A stretch of DNA of 64,000 nucleotides from a virus, in the IMG/VR virus record IMGVR_UViG_3300010354_000069, positions 8,244 through 72,243 of that record; one strand, given 5' to 3'. This document shows, piece after piece, positions 1 to 8,923 of this stretch. Under the pieces are notes generated by a model. That model ran no database searches, had not been told where the DNA came from, and saw only the letters and a program-made list of their open reading frames with translations. Within the stretch, counting starts at the first letter, position 1. Every line of letters begins with the position of its first letter. The position numbers and the translations under genes are program-made.

Positions 1-209
1 AGGTTGCGTGCAGCATAGACGTCAACATTGCCGTCGGCGCGATACCGCACGTAAGTGCCAGTTTGTCTGTGCGTGACAGTAACCGTACCGTCGCTATCAA
101 CTTGGTAGAACATGTACTTCAAAGAGCGTACAAAATTGACGAAGTTCTGTACCAGCAGAAACCATTCCGGAACTGCGCTGCGGACTAAAGGTTTTGCGTT
201 ATCCAGCAT
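1..209 (-). CDS. Hypothetical protein (runs off window start); short beta-hairpin pattern like baseplate spike/gp5-type proteins
   Basis: Manual translation from ATG at 209: MLDNAKPLVRSAVPEWFLLVQNFVNFVRSLKYMFYQVDSDGTVTVTHRQTGTYVRYRADGNVDVYAARN, open to the window edge. Confidence 0.6.
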   Translation of the reverse strand, partial: MLDNAKPLVRSAVPEWFLLVQNFVNFVRSLKYMFYQVDSDGTVTVTHRQTGTYVRYRADGNVDVYAARN

Positions 210-215
210 AAAGCG

Positions 216-224
216 AGTATAGCA
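216..224 (-). promoter_or_regulatory. Extended -10 promoter (TGcTATACT), probable leaderless transcript
   Basis: Minus strand reads TGCTATACT-cgcttt-ATG; no SD before the ATG. Confidence 0.45.
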
Positions 225-292
225 CTCTGCACAGATTTTCAAATACTACATACGCACACTGATAAAAGCGCCGCGCCAAGAAAGGTTGGTTT

Positions 293-478
293 TTGTCCGT
301 GAGTGAGCAGCCTGAAAAGCAGCAGTTTGAAGATCGTGCCCTGAAGTGCCGTGACTGCAAAGTTGAGTTCAAGTTTGGAGTAAAGGATCAGGAGTTTTAC
401 CAGAAAATGGGGTTCAAGGAGCCAAAGCGTTGCCGCCCCTGCCGTGAAGCTCTGAAAGCTGTACGCGAAGGCAAGTAA
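293..478 (+). CDS. Zinc-ribbon protein (zf-trcl type)
   Basis: FEDRALKCRDC...FKF...QEFY..MGF.EPKRCRPCR matches the family pattern. Confidence 0.8.
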   Translation: MSVSEQPEKQQFEDRALKCRDCKVEFKFGVKDQEFYQKMGFKEPKRCRPCREALKAVREGK

Positions 479-496
479 CCAATCGAGTAGTCCCCC

Positions 497-525
497 GAGC
501 CGGTGCCCCACAAGGGTGCCGGCTC
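497..525 (+). other. GC-rich intergenic hairpin without a U-tract
   Basis: GAGCCGGTGCCC...GGGTGCCGGCTC. Confidence 0.5.
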
Positions 526-542
526 AAAGCGTTTGGTAGGAT

Positions 543-1805
543 ATGACTGTGAAAGCAGTAGAACTAAAAAACCAAGCTGTCCTTACACTGCTTCGCCGGC
601 AACCCTTCATGTTTCACCTGATCACTCAGCTACGCTATGAAGAGACTGACAGTGTACCTACGGCTGCCGTCGTGTTTGACGGCCTGAATAACGAGAGCTG
701 GTTGAAGGTAAACCCAGACTTTGTAGAAAAGTTGTCTGCTCTCGAGCTTGAGGGCTTGCTGGCCCATGAACTCTTGCACGTGATGCACGAGCACACCCAC
801 TCACCGCACGTCCGTGAATGGGCTTGGAACATTGCAACTGATCTTGCAGTAAACACGGTTTTGCTCAAGCAGGGTTACGTGTTGCCGAGCGGTGGGCTTA
901 CCCCGCAAGGTGTTGCAGACAAACTCGCAGAGGATTCGGGACACCCGGTGGAAACCCCGCCCGAGCTGATGTCGGCTTACTGGTACTATCGCTGGCTTCA
1001 AGAGAATGCCAAGACCAACGAAGATAGCAAGGATAGTTGCGGTGGCGGCAAGTCAGAAACAGACGATACGCGGGACAACCAAGAGCAGGGTAACAATCAG
1101 TCTGGATCTTCACTGCAAGACCAAGCTGACCCACACGGTCACTGGTCTGACAGTGAAGGACAGCAGTCGCCCGAAGCTCGGGAACTTACCAAGCGCATGG
1201 TTGCCCAGCATGTGCAAAAGGCTAGCGAGAGCACTGCAGGTCGTCTTCCCGGTTATCTGGATTCTTTGGTCAATGAACTTTTGCGGGTGTTGGAAGAACC
1301 GTCCATGCGGTGGAACCAAGCCCTCAAGAAGTTCGTGGGTTTTAGAGCTGGCGTAAGTCTGAAGGCTAGCTGTGCCCGTACAAACAAGTACGGACAGATT
1401 CCCAAGATCCTGTTCAAGCCGTCTACCAAGTTCATGGTGTTCATTGATGTATCGGGTTCAGTTGACGACCAGCTGGCAGCAAAGTTCTTCAGTGAACTGG
1501 AAGGCTTGGCAAAGCAAGGCAATGAATTTGACTTGGCACAGTTTTCGATAGATGTCGTACCAATGGGAAGGTTTACCAAAAAACCTTATTACTCTCGCTT
1601 CATGAAAGGCGGCACTGACTTCAGTGCGCCATTCAAATTCATGCTGAAGAACAGGTTGTATAACAAGTACGACGGTGTAATAGTACTTACGGACGGAGAA
1701 GCTCCATGGCCAATGCCGGACGAACTTCTGCTACCATCCCTGTGGGTACTGAGCGCAGAACAGACTACCCCTGCACACATCAACACTATCGTCATCAAGG
1801 ACTGA
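543..1805 (+). CDS. DUF2201-like metallopeptidase plus vWA domain protein
   Basis: LAHELLH (HExxH), WNIATDLAVN, acidic linker, MIDAS DVSGS, GGTDF, LTDGE. Confidence 0.85.
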   Translation: MTVKAVELKNQAVLTLLRRQPFMFHLITQLRYEETDSVPTAAVVFDGLNNESWLKVNPDFVEKLSALELEGLLAHELLHVMHEHTHSPHVREWAWNIATDLAVNTVLLKQGYVLPSGGLTPQGVADKLAEDSGHPVETPPELMSAYWYYRWLQENAKTNEDSKDSCGGGKSETDDTRDNQEQGNNQSGSSLQDQADPHGHWSDSEGQQSPEARELTKRMVAQHVQKASESTAGRLPGYLDSLVNELLRVLEEPSMRWNQALKKFVGFRAGVSLKASCARTNKYGQIPKILFKPSTKFMVFIDVSGSVDDQLAAKFFSELEGLAKQGNEFDLAQFSIDVVPMGRFTKKPYYSRFMKGGTDFSAPFKFMLKNRLYNKYDGVIVLTDGEAPWPMPDELLLPSLWVLSAEQTTPAHINTIVIKD

Positions 1806-1816
1806 CAAATAACACC

Positions 1817-2080
1817 ATGCGGCGCTACACATTTGAATACGAAGTAACCACCGGTATCGATGACAGTTTTTTGTCTGGCGGTACGGTAATTGTAGAAGCA
1901 ACAAACCAAAACAACGCCGAGGTTCTTGGTCGCCGCAGAGTCCAAGAAACGGACAGGTATTGCGACTCGAGCATGGACCCTGTAATCACACTTACTCTGG
2001 AATCGGTAGAGGAAACGATAGATGTCTCAGCAGAGCCCGGCTCGAGTCTGCAAGCAAGCCAAGGAGTTGTATCCTACTGA
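1817..2080 (+). CDS. Hypothetical protein
   Basis: ATG at 1817 in the frame of ORF 1706..2080, filling the gap between the vWA and ATPase genes. Confidence 0.6.
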   Translation: MRRYTFEYEVTTGIDDSFLSGGTVIVEATNQNNAEVLGRRRVQETDRYCDSSMDPVITLTLESVEETIDVSAEPGSSLQASQGVVSY

Positions 2081-3191
2081 TACGCTCCTAAGGACGCTGC
2101 TTTACAGCAGAGCCTGCACCATAAAGAACCTGGATAATCCGGCAATCAACCCGGCCAGTATTGTAGTCAATGTCCAAGGTCACGCCGGCGTCGGCAAGAC
2201 TGCCATGATTCAGCAGTTAGCGCGAGACCTCAGAATTGGTTACGAAATTCTAAATGTCGGCGGCGTCACTGACGTCGCCGAAATCTTTGGTATCAGCCAC
2301 GTGAACCAGCTCACCGGGCGAACCGAAGCTACTCCGCCAGCTTGGTGGCCTCTGGACGAGCACAGCGAAGGTATCATCAACATCGATGACCTGACTCGTG
2401 CGCTTCCCCACGTCATTCAAGCGCTGCAGCAGTTCATCAACACGAGAAAGTTTCACAATCTGGTGCTGCCCAAGGGTTGGACCATTGCGGTCACCACCAA
2501 CCCGGACGACGGCGACTACAACGTGACGTCGGTGGACAACGCCTACGAGACGCGACTGGTCACCCTCGTCTACAACAGACCAGAAGAAGTGTTTCTCGAG
2601 CAACTCGAGAAGCAGGGCGTAGACGACATGGTCGCCAACTTCTGGCAGGTGCACCGTGAGCAACTCCGCATGCCCAGGTTGGAGCAAAAAGCACCGAAGG
2701 CCAACGACCGTACGCGCATGATCTTCAACCACCTGTACCCGTATTTGGCTAACGACCAAGATGCGCTGATTGCTACGGGTTCTGCGCTATTTGGCTACGA
2801 GTGGACTCAGGTGTTTCTGAGCTTTCAGAAGAACGATGACCAGCCGTTGAACCCCGACGAGATTCTGGAAATCTATGTCAATGACAGCAGCCTGAAGCAA
2901 ACCACCGAAAGGTACTTTGCTCAGGGCCGAAACGATTTGCTCAAGGTAAGTACTGAAAGATTGGTCCACCGCATGCGACAGGTCGTTGCTCTTACCAGTA
3001 ACAACTGGAAGAATATCTCTGCATTTCTGACAGATTTGCCACAGGATCTAGGATTTCATATGTATATGTCTTTGGTTCAGACAGGACAGCCGTCAGCTGA
3101 TTTGTTCAGAGCCAAGCTTATGGAATTCCCCGAACTTGCCACAAACTTTGTCAAACTTGCTGAAAGTATTCCAAAGGTAAGAAAGGAATAG
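2022..3191 (+). CDS. MoxR-like AAA+ ATPase
   Basis: Walker A GHAGVGKT, Walker B-like IINIDDLTRA, TTNP; adjacent to the vWA gene. Confidence 0.85.
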   Translation: MSQQSPARVCKQAKELYPTDTLLRTLLYSRACTIKNLDNPAINPASIVVNVQGHAGVGKTAMIQQLARDLRIGYEILNVGGVTDVAEIFGISHVNQLTGRTEATPPAWWPLDEHSEGIINIDDLTRALPHVIQALQQFINTRKFHNLVLPKGWTIAVTTNPDDGDYNVTSVDNAYETRLVTLVYNRPEEVFLEQLEKQGVDDMVANFWQVHREQLRMPRLEQKAPKANDRTRMIFNHLYPYLANDQDALIATGSALFGYEWTQVFLSFQKNDDQPLNPDEILEIYVNDSSLKQTTERYFAQGRNDLLKVSTERLVHRMRQVVALTSNNWKNISAFLTDLPQDLGFHMYMSLVQTGQPSADLFRAKLMEFPELATNFVKLAESIPKVRKE

Positions 3192-3201
3192 GAGACCAGT
3201 C

Positions 3202-3423
3202 GTGTCTGAGTGGAACCGTAATCGTTATGAGATGCAGCCTCATAATTTCAACGAAAAGTTCGGACCAAAGACCGCCGGCCACCCTACAGTAGGGCATCCC
3301 TGTGCCAAGTGCCGAGTACCGCTGGAATCCGGTGACTACACTACGCTGAACCCGGTGGACAACTACTCTGTAGAAGTCCACTGGGACTGCATCAACCCGA
3401 AGATGAAAAAGAAGAAGCAATGA
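3202..3423 (+). CDS. Small Zn-finger-like hypothetical protein
   Basis: CAKC...HWDC; AGGAG SD before GTG. Confidence 0.6.
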   Translation: MSEWNRNRYEMQPHNFNEKFGPKTAGHPTVGHPCAKCRVPLESGDYTTLNPVDNYSVEVHWDCINPKMKKKKQ

Positions 3424-3596
3424 CTCTGTTCGAAGACCTTTGTGAGCAACCAGATCCAATAGGTGTTTTGGCACGGGCTTGCAGTACCCTTGAAGAGCTT
3501 TATGAGCACTTGGACATACTGCTTATCAACGAGCCCAATCATCCACACTACATCGAACTGCTTATGCTCAAGACTGACATCGAGCGGACCTTGTAG
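3420..3596 (+). CDS. Hypothetical protein (58 aa, not in ORF track)
   Basis: ATGA overlap with upstream gene; MTLFEDLCEQPDPIGVLARACSTLEELYEHLDILLINEPNHPHYIELLMLKTDIERTL. Confidence 0.6.
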   Translation: MTLFEDLCEQPDPIGVLARACSTLEELYEHLDILLINEPNHPHYIELLMLKTDIERTL

Positions 3597-3599
3597 CGT

Positions 3600-3861
3600 C
3601 CTCGCGCGCACGCGCGCGGTCCAGCTATTGGTGAACTTCCCCCTAACTACTGCGTCCCCTCTCCCTCCTCTCCCCCAAAGCGGCGTTTCATAGGCAAGTA
3701 GCCATGCAGCGGCCAACCTTGGCGCACTTTACGTGCACGGAACAAGGGTAGAGGGGACGCAGAGCCGGTGCGGCCGCACCGGGGAGGAGTTGGATTTCCA
3801 GCTATTGGAGCCACTTCCACTACTGCGTTCTCTGCGTCCCCACGCCTTAACGCAGCAGCAT
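3600..3861 (-). ncRNA. Putative structured RNA (RNA2) with two imperfect direct repeats and an internal anti-repeat
   Basis: Repeats at 3621-3662 and 3798-3843; inverted copy at 3749-3764; palindrome CCGGTGCGGCCGCACCGG at 3765-3782; downstream of a promoter; no credible ORF. Confidence 0.5.
3621..3843. repeat. Imperfect direct repeat pair CCAGCTATTGG..ACTTCC..ACTACTGCGT..CCCC
   Basis: Copies at 3621-3659 and 3798-3841. Confidence 0.8.
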
Positions 3862-3866
3862 GCATG

Positions 3867-3894
3867 ACAATAGCATGCTCATTGCTCCTGTCAA
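3867..3894 (-). promoter_or_regulatory. sigma70-type promoter for RNA2
   Basis: Minus strand TTGACA-16 nt-TATTGT with an extended -10 TG. Confidence 0.55.
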
Positions 3895-3897
3895 GTC

Positions 3898-4015
3898 AAA
3901 AAAAAAAGAAGCCGGAAGCTCAACCAATGTGGGGACACAGAGCTGGTAGTTATTAGACCACCAGAGCGGGGAGCTTCCGACTTCTCTTGTTGGAACCTTG
4001 TGAGGGCGTCCAACA
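3898..4015 (-). ncRNA. Putative ~115-nt small RNA (RNA1)
   Basis: Own promoter; 5' hairpin; long stem AGAAGUCGGAAGCUC/GAGCUUCCGGCUUCU followed by U10; no ORF. Confidence 0.7.
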
Positions 4016-4020
4016 ACTAA

Positions 4021-4049
4021 ATCCTACACAGTAGCCTAGAGTCTGTCAA
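4021..4049 (-). promoter_or_regulatory. sigma70 promoter for RNA1
   Basis: Minus strand TTGACA-17 nt-TAGGAT, preceded by TGTG. Confidence 0.75.
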
Positions 4050-4120
4050 CGCGTCTCGGTCGGTCATGGTTGCAGGTGGTTGGGAATGTTGCCGCCGTTG
4101 CTTGAAAAGGAGTCCAGCTA

Positions 4121-4438
4121 GTGGGTGGTGAAGAGTTGGGTGAGGCGGTTGGCAAAGTGCTGGACCAACTGGCTTCCGTTCTGGCAGACTATCTGCATGT
4201 TGAAAGCAAGCTTCAGGTGCACGCCCTCACGTGGACACCGGAAGCAACGTCAATTTACATTGACGATCCTCAGTTGGCCGGACACATCACACGTCGAGTC
4301 ACTACCGAACTTGGTGACATTCAGGTAGTTGTGGACCACGCAACCCGCGGCCCCGTATCAGTGGAACTTATCCAATGCCCAATATCGAATACACGCTCGT
4401 CAGCGATAACGACATTGAAGACGTTGTCCAGTACCTGA
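4121..4438 (+). CDS. Hypothetical protein
   Basis: AAGGAG SD before GTG; overlaps the polymerase start. Confidence 0.65.
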   Translation: MGGEELGEAVGKVLDQLASVLADYLHVESKLQVHALTWTPEATSIYIDDPQLAGHITRRVTTELGDIQVVVDHATRGPVSVELIQCPISNTRSSAITTLKTLSST

Positions 4439-6399
4439 GCGGGGAATCGCTGCTGGCGCTGGATACGGAAACGTACAGAACGACCAAACCCTATCCCAGA
4501 GCCTACGACCTGAAGACGGAAAACCGCTTGTGGATTTCCGATCCTTTCATCAACAACATTCGGCTGGTACAGATTCGGTCACGTGACAGCGAAAGCTTCA
4601 TCTTTGACCTGATGGAGCTTTCTGGCGCAAGCACTGAACGGCTTCAGTGGTTGCTGGGGCAAAAGCACATTACTTGGTTGGGGCACAACCTCAAATTCGA
4701 TTGGCGCATGATTGCCGTCAACCTGGAAGTCGAACTTGAGAAGGTTTGGGACACCATGCTGGCAGCGATCACCATCGGCTACGCAATTGGCGACGGTGCC
4801 ATGTGGTCAAGAGGTGTTGGCCTCAAAGATGTCTGTCGCGACTTTCTTGACGTCAAACTGGACAAGACGGAGCAGAACAGTAACTGGGGCGCCAAGGAAC
4901 TGACAGCAAATCAGTACCAGTACGCAGCAAACGACTTGCTTTACCTGTTCAAGCTCTATGACGTACTGATCAAGGCAATCGAAGAAGAGTATGACATGCT
5001 TGGTGGAGTGCAGTTGGAAATGGAGCTGCTTCCGGCAGTAGCAGCAATGGAAATTGCCGGAATCGATTTTGATCTTGATCTGTACTACCGAGTGCAGAAA
5101 GCTGCCAAAGCTTATATTCCCAAGCTGGAAGAAGAGCTTTGCAAGTTTATCGGATGGCCCATGATTGCAGTACCGCCTCTTGAGCGGATAAAGACTGGGC
5201 GTAACTGGAAACCAAACCCAAAAAGCTTTGACGGTGAAGCAAAGAGTCCTCTGGATTCAAACCCTTTCATGCTCAAAGCGTTTCGGGATAAAGGTGTGGA
5301 AGTCGAGAACTTGCAGGGAAAGCACTTGGAAGAGTTGTCGGACAAGTACCCAATCCTGAAAAAGTTCAGTGACTACAAGGATCTTACCAAGCAGCTTGGG
5401 ATAGCCTACGATGCTTGGGTACACCCACTTACGGGCCGTATTCATCCCGAATTCAACCAGTCAGGCGCCGCCACCGGTCGTTTCAGCTGCAATAACCCCA
5501 ACTTGCAGCAGGTTCCAAAAACGGAAATCACGGACCCTCAGACGGGTGACAAACTCTGCTACCGCTACTGCTTCATTGCTCCTGATGGCCAAGAACTGGC
5601 TTCAGCCGACTACTCGGGACAAGAGCTACGCGTCATGGCAGTACTGTCCGGCGATCCCAACCTGATTCACATCCACAAGAACGAACCCGACTACGTCGAG
5701 GATCCAACGGGCAAGCTGGATGAATATGGCAAACCGGCCATGGTGAAGAACATGGGTGCAGATGTCCACGCAATGAGTTGCGAGCTGGTGTATGGTTCAG
5801 CAGGTATTACCAGATGGAATGCAAAGACTACGCCCTACCCGGGACTATCGGGCAAGACGTACAGAGACGTCATCAAGACCGTTGTCTACGGGCTGGCCTA
5901 CGGCAAGACTGCACCTGGTCTGTCAAAAGACATGGGTATCAGCATCGATGAAGCGGAAAACATCATCGAGTCCTTTTTCAGACCCTACCGTGTCCTTCAC
6001 CAGTGGTTGGAAAAGGTCGGCAAAGCTGCCGACGATACGAGATTAAGCCGATACGGTATACCAGAAGCTGGTATTACTCGTTGGCGAATGGTAAACTCGG
6101 ACAGGCACGAAGACAAAGGTGCTTTGAATCGAGCCGGCAAGAACACCCCCATTCAAGGATGCAGCGCACTCATGATGAAGAAAGCTTTGTGCAGCCTGAG
6201 AACGGTTGTACGAGAAGCTGGTGGAACAGTATGCGCTACGATTCACGACGAAGTTCTCGTCAGATATCCTATCGAACTACGGGACCAAGTGATGGCAGCA
6301 ATCGACAAGGGCATGACCGAAGGATCCAACGTATTCCTCCGAAATGTTGTCAACGATAAGTACGGTGTCGGCTGCGCCAAACACTGGTCAAAGGATTAA
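4375..6399 (+). CDS. polA: Family A DNA polymerase with 3'-5' exonuclease domain
   Basis: Exo motifs ALDTET, GHNLKFD, YAAND; ATGRFSCNNPNLQQVP; motif A ADYSGQELR; motif B RDVIKTVVYGLAYG; NTPIQG; motif C IHDE. Confidence 0.95.
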   Translation: MPNIEYTLVSDNDIEDVVQYLSGESLLALDTETYRTTKPYPRAYDLKTENRLWISDPFINNIRLVQIRSRDSESFIFDLMELSGASTERLQWLLGQKHITWLGHNLKFDWRMIAVNLEVELEKVWDTMLAAITIGYAIGDGAMWSRGVGLKDVCRDFLDVKLDKTEQNSNWGAKELTANQYQYAANDLLYLFKLYDVLIKAIEEEYDMLGGVQLEMELLPAVAAMEIAGIDFDLDLYYRVQKAAKAYIPKLEEELCKFIGWPMIAVPPLERIKTGRNWKPNPKSFDGEAKSPLDSNPFMLKAFRDKGVEVENLQGKHLEELSDKYPILKKFSDYKDLTKQLGIAYDAWVHPLTGRIHPEFNQSGAATGRFSCNNPNLQQVPKTEITDPQTGDKLCYRYCFIAPDGQELASADYSGQELRVMAVLSGDPNLIHIHKNEPDYVEDPTGKLDEYGKPAMVKNMGADVHAMSCELVYGSAGITRWNAKTTPYPGLSGKTYRDVIKTVVYGLAYGKTAPGLSKDMGISIDEAENIIESFFRPYRVLHQWLEKVGKAADDTRLSRYGIPEAGITRWRMVNSDRHEDKGALNRAGKNTPIQGCSALMMKKALCSLRTVVREAGGTVCATIHDEVLVRYPIELRDQVMAAIDKGMTEGSNVFLRNVVNDKYGVGCAKHWSKD

Positions 6400-6411
6400 G
6401 GAACAAAACCG

Positions 6412-7524
6412 ATGTACATCAATGTAGCCAGCGCCAGTGCTTTCGGAAAGAAGCTGGCGCTGGCCAACGCTTCGCTGAACGCAAAAGGCGAAACCAATCC
6501 CATCTGCGGAAGCATGATGCTGTCTACCGGTGCTGATGGCTTGGCGGTTACAGTTGCAAACACCAGCTCGCATCAGCTGAAACTGCACGCTCCAGCCCAC
6601 GTCAACATTCCGGGTTCGGTGCTTATTCCTGGCGATCACTTCACCAAAATCATCAACCGGCTTGGGGATCGTAGCGCGTCTTTAAAGGTCGAGAACAACC
6701 AGCTGGTTGCCATCACGTCTGACAACGACGTCTACAAGTTCGACCTGTTCCAAGGCGAAGCTGAAGACTTTCCGGTGGACAGTGACATTCCGCCGGTAGG
6801 TGCCGTAGTGGACGCAGACGGTTTCTCGGAAGCCTTGAAATCCGTACTCACAGCGGCGCTGGACGCCGAGCAGGACATCATCTTCAAGGCCGAGAACAAC
6901 ACGCTGTCCATCTACACCTCGGATTATCTGACTACTAAAAGCCGCACTCAACTGGTAAGTCAGAACTTTCCTTTCAGCTTCAGCGTACCGCGCAGTACTG
7001 TGGCAGCCGGGCGCATTCCTGACTGGTCCGGACCGGTTCAGATTCACGTGCGGTCTGATAAGGTGGTGCTTTCCCAAGGCGAAGAACATCTGATGATTCG
7101 TCGCGTGGGTCAGGCGGGGGACATCCAAACGATTGAAGAAGTACTTGGAGTTCAAGCTATTGGCCGTCTTGTTGTCAGTAGGCAGCAGCTTCAGTCAAAA
7201 GTCCACATCGTGGCCATTGGCAAGCAAACGTGTACGCTACAAGTCAAAGGCAAGAGCGAGAAGAACCTTCTGATTGAAGCGGAAAACGCCGGTGTTGGTG
7301 GGCACAAACAGGTAATTGCCATTCAAGGCAGCATTACTGGTGTGACAAGCAGCGTCAAAGTCGATGTCTCGCTGCTTGAAAAGGCGCTTAAGACTGTAGA
7401 TGGCGATGACTTGCTAGTCGACTATGTAGACTACACGGGAGATGGCAGCAGCATCAGCTTGCGGTTGGCTAATGACGCCAATCCTGAAAAGAAGCAAACG
7501 TTGTTGTTGCCTCTTCAGAGCTAG
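6412..7524 (+). CDS. dnaN: DNA polymerase III beta-clamp-like protein
   Basis: 370 aa; NPICGSMML, PGSVLIPG..F.KII, EDFP; next to the polymerase. Confidence 0.7.
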   Translation: MYINVASASAFGKKLALANASLNAKGETNPICGSMMLSTGADGLAVTVANTSSHQLKLHAPAHVNIPGSVLIPGDHFTKIINRLGDRSASLKVENNQLVAITSDNDVYKFDLFQGEAEDFPVDSDIPPVGAVVDADGFSEALKSVLTAALDAEQDIIFKAENNTLSIYTSDYLTTKSRTQLVSQNFPFSFSVPRSTVAAGRIPDWSGPVQIHVRSDKVVLSQGEEHLMIRRVGQAGDIQTIEEVLGVQAIGRLVVSRQQLQSKVHIVAIGKQTCTLQVKGKSEKNLLIEAENAGVGGHKQVIAIQGSITGVTSSVKVDVSLLEKALKTVDGDDLLVDYVDYTGDGSSISLRLANDANPEKKQTLLLPLQS

Positions 7525-7537
7525 GAGGTAACCGGCT

Positions 7538-8923
7538 GTGTTGCCGGACAACTGGTTGGTAAACCCACGTGTCAGAAAGCTTCGACAGAAGTTTCTGACC
7601 GTACCAAGGACGAGATTCCTTGACCTTGCCGAGCACATGTTCGGTACGGTAGACTTGGATCGACAGCAGCTGGGCGCACTCGTCCAGCTGCTCACCGACT
7701 CGGAACATTGGCCCTCCATCCAGAGGGCCCAAATGACCACCAGCAGTATCGAACAAGCAGAACTTGGCGAAGCACTGCTTGATGCGCCAAAAGATGAGTG
7801 GCTTCCAGAAATATTGCCGCTACTGCTGGAGCTGCAGCCAGGTTCCAGCATGCTGGACTTAGGTTGTCATCAGGGACACGGTGCACAAGTACTGACCGGA
7901 GTCAGTTTCTACGAAGGTCACGACCTGAACGCCAAGCGGGTTCAAGTTGCCAAGCGCCTGTTTCCGGAGCAGCAGTTCCAAGTCACGGATGTAGCCCGGT
8001 GGCTGGCTTACGAACCAAGATCCAGCTATTCGCTGGTTTTGGTCCATCTGCCGGCAGATCACTACACAGTGCATGGACCTTGTCTGGAAACCCAGCGTGG
8101 TCCGGACATCACCTTGGACACCGCAATGCTCGAGTGGGGTGCAAAGTGTTGCACGCGTGGCGGCATTCTGGTGGGGCTGGTCAGCCGCGAAAGCAACTTG
8201 GAGCCTATCAGCCAGTGGTTACGGAACAACGGCACTCCGCTGATGGTTTCTGCTGTAGGAAACACCACGCTTGTTGTCTACAGGCACGGTATTCGCATGC
8301 GCGACTACCCGACTATAGATAATGCGTTTGCCAACTACGAAGAACTTACTGAATTTCTCATGGCCAAAGGATACCTAGCAAGAACACCTGTTTGCGCTGA
8401 TGATCCTCGACCTTTGGAAATCTCTGACTGGGGTATCGAACTCGTAGCACAAAGTACCGAAGAGTTTTCTGGTACAGCAGAGACATTGCTCTATAAGAGC
8501 AAGCATGCTGCCCGCATTCGTTGGCAGAATGACCGAGCTGCGCTCGGCTGGGCTATGCATCAAGCTTTCAAAGCTACGCGCGAAGAGAGCTGGAATAAAA
8601 CCGTTGAACGCTTTAACCAACGTTTGGGCATCAACGACTATCTGCAGTATCGGTCAAACAGTCTTCACGACTTGCTCAACCTATCCCAAGAGTTTGCAGT
8701 AGCGGAAACCCCGGAGTTGAAGGGCCATGCCAGCAAATTGACCAAGCGGTATCACAGGTTACGGACACCGTACCCGGAGCGGGCTACTGTAGAAAATCGC
8801 TACTATAGTTTGGGCCCTGGCGACAAACTACAGCGTAATCAAGAACTCTGGTCGGTGCAGTTTTCGGAACCAGACTTCTCGGGCAAGAACCCGCCAAAGC
8901 TTCATCTCAGTAAGGTCGAATAA
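7538..8923 (+). CDS. Class I SAM-dependent methyltransferase domain protein
   Basis: MLDLGCHQG, GHDLN, CTRGGILV. Confidence 0.65.
   Translation: MLPDNWLVNPRVRKLRQKFLTVPRTRFLDLAEHMFGTVDLDRQQLGALVQLLTDSEHWPSIQRAQMTTSSIEQAELGEALLDAPKDEWLPEILPLLLELQPGSSMLDLGCHQGHGAQVLTGVSFYEGHDLNAKRVQVAKRLFPEQQFQVTDVARWLAYEPRSSYSLVLVHLPADHYTVHGPCLETQRGPDITLDTAMLEWGAKCCTRGGILVGLVSRESNLEPISQWLRNNGTPLMVSAVGNTTLVVYRHGIRMRDYPTIDNAFANYEELTEFLMAKGYLARTPVCADDPRPLEISDWGIELVAQSTEEFSGTAETLLYKSKHAARIRWQNDRAALGWAMHQAFKATREESWNKTVERFNQRLGINDYLQYRSNSLHDLLNLSQEFAVAETPELKGHASKLTKRYHRLRTPYPERATVENRYYSLGPGDKLQRNQELWSVQFSEPDFSGKNPPKLHLSKVE

Noticed and set aside
3363-3956. ORF-track calls 3363..3716, 3463..3693, 3647..3865 and 3768..3956
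   Set aside because: No SD or motifs; they overlap structured repeats or better-supported ORFs
3600-4050. CRISPR mini-array with tracrRNA
   Set aside because: Only two degenerate repeats ~177 nt apart, permuted complementarity and no cas effector nearby
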